From: a virus
Taxonomy: Duplodnaviria > Caudoviricetes
IMG/VR virus record: IMGVR_UViG_3300032373_000080
Coordinates: 1 to 29,789 of that record
Length of the DNA: 29,789 nucleotides
Direction: 5' to 3' (one strand)
The first letter of the stretch is position 1; every line of letters starts with the position of its first letter. Shown one piece after another: positions 25,237-29,789 of the stretch. A program made the position numbers and the translations under genes. Under the pieces are notes generated by a model, which did no database searches, was not told the origin of the DNA, and worked only from the letters and a program-made list of their open reading frames with translations.

Positions 25237-26229
25237 ATGGCAGACATCAAAACTTCAGATTTAACGACTCAAGAACTCCGAGGCACTGGAGTATTTGATG
25301 TCTTAATGCGAACTATCCAATTACGTTTAGATGAACAGCATCAGAATGGTAGATTAACTGGTGCTGATTATACTCAAGTATATCTAGGCTCTTTAATCCA
25401 GGTACTGCAATTAGCACAATCATTTGTATTGGGTGAACAACAAGCTGATAAGCAAGCTGATTTAATTGCACAGCAAATTCTTAATGCCCAATCAGAGCGT
25501 GACAATACTATTGCTCAATTGGCTCAAATAAATTCACAGACTGCTTTAATAGACCAACAATTAGCTAATGCCATTATAGAAGGAACCAACCTTACTAAAC
25601 TTGGTTTGAAGATAGATGCCGAGAAATTATTAGTAGACGCTCAAGTTACTAAAGTTAATAAGGACATAGAATTAACTGATGTTCAGATAGCTTCTGAAAC
25701 TCAAAACACTTTAGTCCTTGCACAAGAAGTCCTTAAGCGTACTGAAGAAGTAGCACTTACAATTGCTCAAACCGCTAAGGTTAATCAAGATGTAATTCAA
25801 AGCCAACAAGTAGTTACTAACTTAGTTGAAGAGAGGCTTAAAATTATAGCCGAAACTTCATTACTTACACGTAACGAGGCTAATGCAGTGATTCAAGGTA
25901 CCTTACTAACTAACCAAGGTGATAAAGTATTAAGTGAAGTTGCTTTGCTAGACCAAAAGAAACTTACTGAAGAAGCTGCTATTGTCGATAGAGTTACCGG
26001 CGCTACAGAAGATGTTGCTGGAACAATAGGCAAACAGAAAACTTTGTATACTTCTCAAGCTGATGGATTTGATAGAGATGCTGAACAAAAGGCAGCTAAA
26101 CTATTTGCTGATATATATTCAGTACGTAAGTCTACTGACCCTGCAGGTACTGTTACTCCTTCCTCAGTTAGTGATACAAATACTGACTTAGTAATTAATA
26201 AGTTACGTACCGGTGTAGGAGCCGTGTAA
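25237..26229 (+). CDS. N4 gp54-like tail structural protein with central coiled coil
   Basis: 330 aa; DLTT...GTGVFDVLM, GRLTGADYTQVY, GTIGKQKTLY.SQADGFDRDAEQKAAK. Confidence 0.8.
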   Translation: MADIKTSDLTTQELRGTGVFDVLMRTIQLRLDEQHQNGRLTGADYTQVYLGSLIQVLQLAQSFVLGEQQADKQADLIAQQILNAQSERDNTIAQLAQINSQTALIDQQLANAIIEGTNLTKLGLKIDAEKLLVDAQVTKVNKDIELTDVQIASETQNTLVLAQEVLKRTEEVALTIAQTAKVNQDVIQSQQVVTNLVEERLKIIAETSLLTRNEANAVIQGTLLTNQGDKVLSEVALLDQKKLTEEAAIVDRVTGATEDVAGTIGKQKTLYTSQADGFDRDAEQKAAKLFADIYSVRKSTDPAGTVTPSSVSDTNTDLVINKLRTGVGAV

Positions 26230-26232
26230 AGG

Positions 26233-28392
26233 ATGCCTACCACCATTACAACAGTGGCAGCTACGACAGTGCCACTTGTTACTAATGACCCAGACGTTAT
26301 AGCTAAGTCTGTCTTTGATGCCGTATTGAATGATAAGCCTATATCTACGACTTTACAACAATCTATCAATTATGGTTTTAACTTTAAAACTGACCTATTT
26401 TACAATTATGCTAATAATTACTATTCTTATGGATTACCTGTAGTAACCTTATTTGGGGATTCTGAAGTCTCTGATGATATCAATGATGTTGTTATAGACA
26501 TATTAGAACCATTGCATGGCGTAACCATTAAAGACATCTCAGTTGAATTCACTCCCCCACAATTGATGGATTTATTCCTGCACTATATACAGGAAAGTCC
26601 TGATTACGATTTACTATCATCTAGTAAAGTATCATTGACTGCTGCAAGAACTACGTTAGAAATAGCTACTGGAATTGAATATGCCTCAGCTCAAGTTGCT
26701 GATATGCAGTTAGTGGGTAGTAACTTAGTTGTAGATATTCCTCATAGATACCGAGGTAATCCAACAGGTGACCATCCAAATTTACAGTTAAATATTCCAC
26801 TTAACTTATCGTCAACTACTTACATGTATCATGTGAGATATACGATTGATACTATTCCTGGTTATACATTATGGGTCTATAACCCAGATTTACATACTTA
26901 TCCTGAGCTAACAATAGAAGATAGTACGTATTTGGATTTACGTACATTCCCTATTATTCCAATCAGATATGACAATGAAAATTATGTAGATTATGCTGAG
27001 GAAGAAGATGTAGATTCTTTAGAAAAACTATTACGTTTTATTAATATAGATTTACAAGAATTTACCGAGAATCTAACTGACCCTGATAATACTTCAGATA
27101 TTGATGACATAGATGATATGTTCTTAATGTTTGCTGCTGATATGGATAGTGATGATGATAGTGTTAATCAATTCTTATGTGAGTACTTCAGGCAGTTAAA
27201 GTATACATCTAGGTTTTCTCAACAGGATTATATCGATGCTATTAATGAGGGTTTAGACCCTAATGAACCGTCAGATTTCTTTCCTGCTACACGAATTCAT
27301 TATGACCAGCATAATGTAAGACTCTATATTAAATTTCATTATATTGATGTTCAGGTTAAAGGGGGTAACATTGGTGACCCTCAACCTGCGTATGACCCCA
27401 TGACTGTATCTGGTACCCAAGCAGATATAAGTATAGGTGCCGATAATGATGGTATTGACCCGGTAACTAAAAATGTCTATGTAGACGCTAATAATGATAC
27501 ATACGGTACAAATCACTATGTAACATTTAGACGTCAAATAAATGACAGTGAGTTCTTAGAGATTACTGTTCATGGATTACGCTCAATTAATACTGTCCGT
27601 TACGGTAACGATATAGTTATCCGTACTTTAGCTAACATGCCTGATGGAGGGTTATTTATCCCCTTATCTCAGAGTGTAGTTAAAGATTTCATTGGTTCAG
27701 TAGAAACAACGATATATTATCGAACACTTAATTTAACTGTATATGCCGTTGAAGAGACTAAGTTAGATTGGTATGAGAATCCTAACTTTTTAAATGCTGT
27801 AGGTATATTTATCATTATAGTTGGCGTATTAATGGGGGCAGAAGATATTGCCGTTATGATAGCCGAAGGTGTTACTTATTCCGTTATAGCTGCTGAAATA
27901 GTTATACAGATTATTATGGATGTTATATACGCTGAAGTGTTTGAGGAGGTAGCTAATCTCATTGGTGCAGAGAATGCAATCATATTAGCTATCCTATTGG
28001 CTATAGCAGGTCAAACCATTGATGCTAATACCTTTGCTGAGTTTGGTACTCTAATTGATGCTGAGACTTTAATGAAAGCTGCTACTGCTTTAATAGAGGC
28101 TTCAAATACCATCACACAGGACGATTTCCTTAATCTAGAGAAAGAGTATTCAGATTTCCTAGAAGACGCTAAGGAAGCTCAGGAAAAGCTAGAAGCGGCA
28201 CAGGACTTACTGGATACCGGTATAGATATAGACTTATATACCCTAATCAGTAATAATACGTATACTAACTTTTATGAAAGTCCCGCTGGTTTTTATGATA
28301 GAACCATACACAACACCAATCCCGGTGTTGCTTCTTTGGACTCAATTCAATCTTACTTTGACAGGGCATTACGGTTGCCTTCATTAACTTAA
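26233..28392 (+). CDS. N4 gp53-like virion protein with hydrophobic C-terminal region
   Basis: 719 aa; YYSYGLP, FPIIPIR, FRRQI, FIPL, KLDWYE followed by hydrophobic helices, YESPAGFYDRT; synteny. Confidence 0.7.
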   Translation: MPTTITTVAATTVPLVTNDPDVIAKSVFDAVLNDKPISTTLQQSINYGFNFKTDLFYNYANNYYSYGLPVVTLFGDSEVSDDINDVVIDILEPLHGVTIKDISVEFTPPQLMDLFLHYIQESPDYDLLSSSKVSLTAARTTLEIATGIEYASAQVADMQLVGSNLVVDIPHRYRGNPTGDHPNLQLNIPLNLSSTTYMYHVRYTIDTIPGYTLWVYNPDLHTYPELTIEDSTYLDLRTFPIIPIRYDNENYVDYAEEEDVDSLEKLLRFINIDLQEFTENLTDPDNTSDIDDIDDMFLMFAADMDSDDDSVNQFLCEYFRQLKYTSRFSQQDYIDAINEGLDPNEPSDFFPATRIHYDQHNVRLYIKFHYIDVQVKGGNIGDPQPAYDPMTVSGTQADISIGADNDGIDPVTKNVYVDANNDTYGTNHYVTFRRQINDSEFLEITVHGLRSINTVRYGNDIVIRTLANMPDGGLFIPLSQSVVKDFIGSVETTIYYRTLNLTVYAVEETKLDWYENPNFLNAVGIFIIIVGVLMGAEDIAVMIAEGVTYSVIAAEIVIQIIMDVIYAEVFEEVANLIGAENAIILAILLAIAGQTIDANTFAEFGTLIDAETLMKAATALIEASNTITQDDFLNLEKEYSDFLEDAKEAQEKLEAAQDLLDTGIDIDLYTLISNNTYTNFYESPAGFYDRTIHNTNPGVASLDSIQSYFDRALRLPSLT

Positions 28393-28402
28393 CGAGGTGT
28401 TT

Positions 28403-28852
28403 ATGTACGGTAATAACAATGGGGGCAATATTGATATAGCATCTTTGCTTAGTAGTTTTGGTCCTAACAATACTGGTGGCGGTAACCAAGATTTACTTTC
28501 CCAACTTAATTTTGGTAATTCCAATGATGGTAATAATGACTTTTTTGGTGGCTTTTTTGATGGCTTTTTTGATGGTGATACCCTCACTAATAGCTTAACG
28601 GGTTTAGCTCAGATTATGGGCGCATGGGGTGGACTACAACAGTTAAACCTAGCTAAAGACCAATTTAAGTTCAATAAAGGAGCTTTTAATACTAATTTGG
28701 CTAATCAAGCGAATCTTACTAATTCACAGTTATCTGATAGGCAGGACCGTAGAGTAGCTGATGCAGCTCTTAATGGTGCTAATGCCCAACCAGTTACATC
28801 TACAGCAGATTATCTCAGACAGTTTGGGGCTTCTGGCACAGTGGGGGTTTAA
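28403..28852 (+). CDS. N4 gp52-like small virion (ejection-type) protein; start probably ATG 28403
   Basis: Gly/Asn-rich N-terminus, AWGGLQQLNLAKDQFKFNK.AFNTNLANQ...N.QLSDRQ..R motif; GAGG at 28394-28397. Confidence 0.75.
   Translation: MYGNNNGGNIDIASLLSSFGPNNTGGGNQDLLSQLNFGNSNDGNNDFFGGFFDGFFDGDTLTNSLTGLAQIMGAWGGLQQLNLAKDQFKFNKGAFNTNLANQANLTNSQLSDRQDRRVADAALNGANAQPVTSTADYLRQFGASGTVGV
28541..28576 (+). repeat. 3 x 12 bp tandem repeat encoding FFGG-FFDG-FFDG
   Basis: TTTTTTGGTGGC TTTTTTGATGGC TTTTTTGATGGT. Confidence 0.8.
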
Positions 28853-28854
28853 TT

Positions 28855-29789
28855 ATGCCTATTACATGGAGAAACGTTAATGCACCTAATTTTGGTGCAT
28901 CTAATCGATTACTGCAATCAGGCCAAGAAGCAATACAGAGAAGCTTTCAAGGCTTAGCTAACCTATCAGGTGATATTACTGAAGATAATAGGAATCAAGC
29001 CACTGAAGAGGCTTTAAGTCGTATTGCTAGTGTTGGTTCATTAGAAGACTTCGAGACCGCTAGAGATACTGGATTATTCGATACTTCCAGTTTAGGTAAA
29101 TCAGTAGACCAAGCTAAGATACGTAAAGCACTTAAAACTCGAGGTACTGAATTAGGACAACAACAGACGTTAGCTAATCAACGTGAGAGAGAACAGGTTA
29201 ATCACTTGGCTTTCCAACGTGAACAGGAGCAGCGTCCTATTAGGCAAAATTCTATGAATCTAGTAGCTGAAGGTAAGTTCCAAGAGGCTATAGCGGCTGC
29301 TGAAGGACTTAGTGATAAAACTGGTGTTCTAGATGCAATTAAACGTGCTCAACGAGCTAATACTAAGGCTGAGCGTGAGAAGATTGCATTTAATGAGGAA
29401 CAGGCTCAACGCTTAGCTGCTCCTGAATTAGCAGAACAAGAATTGGCTATTGGACGTCAATTAACTACTATCGATGATAATTATTCACAAGTTGTAAATG
29501 ATTATCCTGTTACTCGTAATGTTACTACAGAAGAGGAAGCCATCAAACAAGGAGATGTGATTGAAAGCATTAAATCTAATTTTAGTAACGCTAAAGAGAA
29601 CTTAGATTTAAATCAAGATGAAATTGATGAAATTGATGCAGGACTTAAACGCATTACAAGTAAAACATTCAAACGACCTTTACCAGTAAAAGAAGGAGAA
29701 AAAGCTCGCAGTGAAACGTTGAAGTATCCAGGATGGGTATTAGAGCAAGCATTTAAAACTGTAGGTTTTGAGGGTGGCATATTCAGGAA
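28855..29789 (+). CDS. N4 gp51-like virion (ejection-type) protein, 3'-truncated by the window end (not in ORF track)
   Basis: ATG 28855; MPITWRNVNAPNFGASNRLLQSGQEAIQRSF...; helical Glu/Gln/Ala-rich frame with no stop seen before the window end; synteny after the gp52-like gene. Confidence 0.75.
   Translation, partial: MPITWRNVNAPNFGASNRLLQSGQEAIQRSFQGLANLSGDITEDNRNQATEEALSRIASVGSLEDFETARDTGLFDTSSLGKSVDQAKIRKALKTRGTELGQQQTLANQREREQVNHLAFQREQEQRPIRQNSMNLVAEGKFQEAIAAAEGLSDKTGVLDAIKRAQRANTKAEREKIAFNEEQAQRLAAPELAEQELAIGRQLTTIDDNYSQVVNDYPVTRNVTTEEEAIKQGDVIESIKSNFSNAKENLDLNQDEIDEIDAGLKRITSKTFKRPLPVKEGEKARSETLKYPGWVLEQAFKTVGFEGGIFR

Noticed and set aside
1-29789. CRISPR array, tRNA, intron/intein, DGR template/variable repeats, invertase cassette or stop-codon recoding
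   Set aside because: No spaced identical repeats, cloverleaf, reverse transcriptase or recombinase seen; terminase and portal are uninterrupted; genes tile densely under the standard code with TAA, TAG and TGA all used as stops

Overview
Late/structural region of an AT-rich N4-like podovirus (Schitoviridae-type), with every credible gene on the + strand. The host is inferred to be a marine-type Gammaproteobacterium. Gene order follows coliphage N4: small-terminase-like gene, large terminase, gp67-like adaptor, tail fibre, lysis cassette, portal, gp58/gp57-like, major capsid protein, gp55/54/53/52-like, and a gp51-like ORF that runs off the window end. Four things depart from the N4 plan. (1) About 10 kb (9481-19379) lies between the lysis genes and the portal, holding two parallel fibre-like modules, each a small beta-rich subunit gene plus a very long protein with ~20-23 aa repeats and a shared C-terminal domain. 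One long protein also carries SdiA-regulated-like propeller, Ig-like, beta-helix-like and FN3-like domains. (2) A two-gene unit (membrane protein plus signal-peptide propeller) is nested in that insert behind a palindrome-flanked extended -10 element. (3) An unannotated 34-aa peptide gene, coupled to a multi-pass membrane protein, heads the lysis operon. (4) The capsid protein carries an ~85 aa insertion. GATC appears to be avoided throughout. Family assignments come from recalled motifs and synteny, not from database searches.
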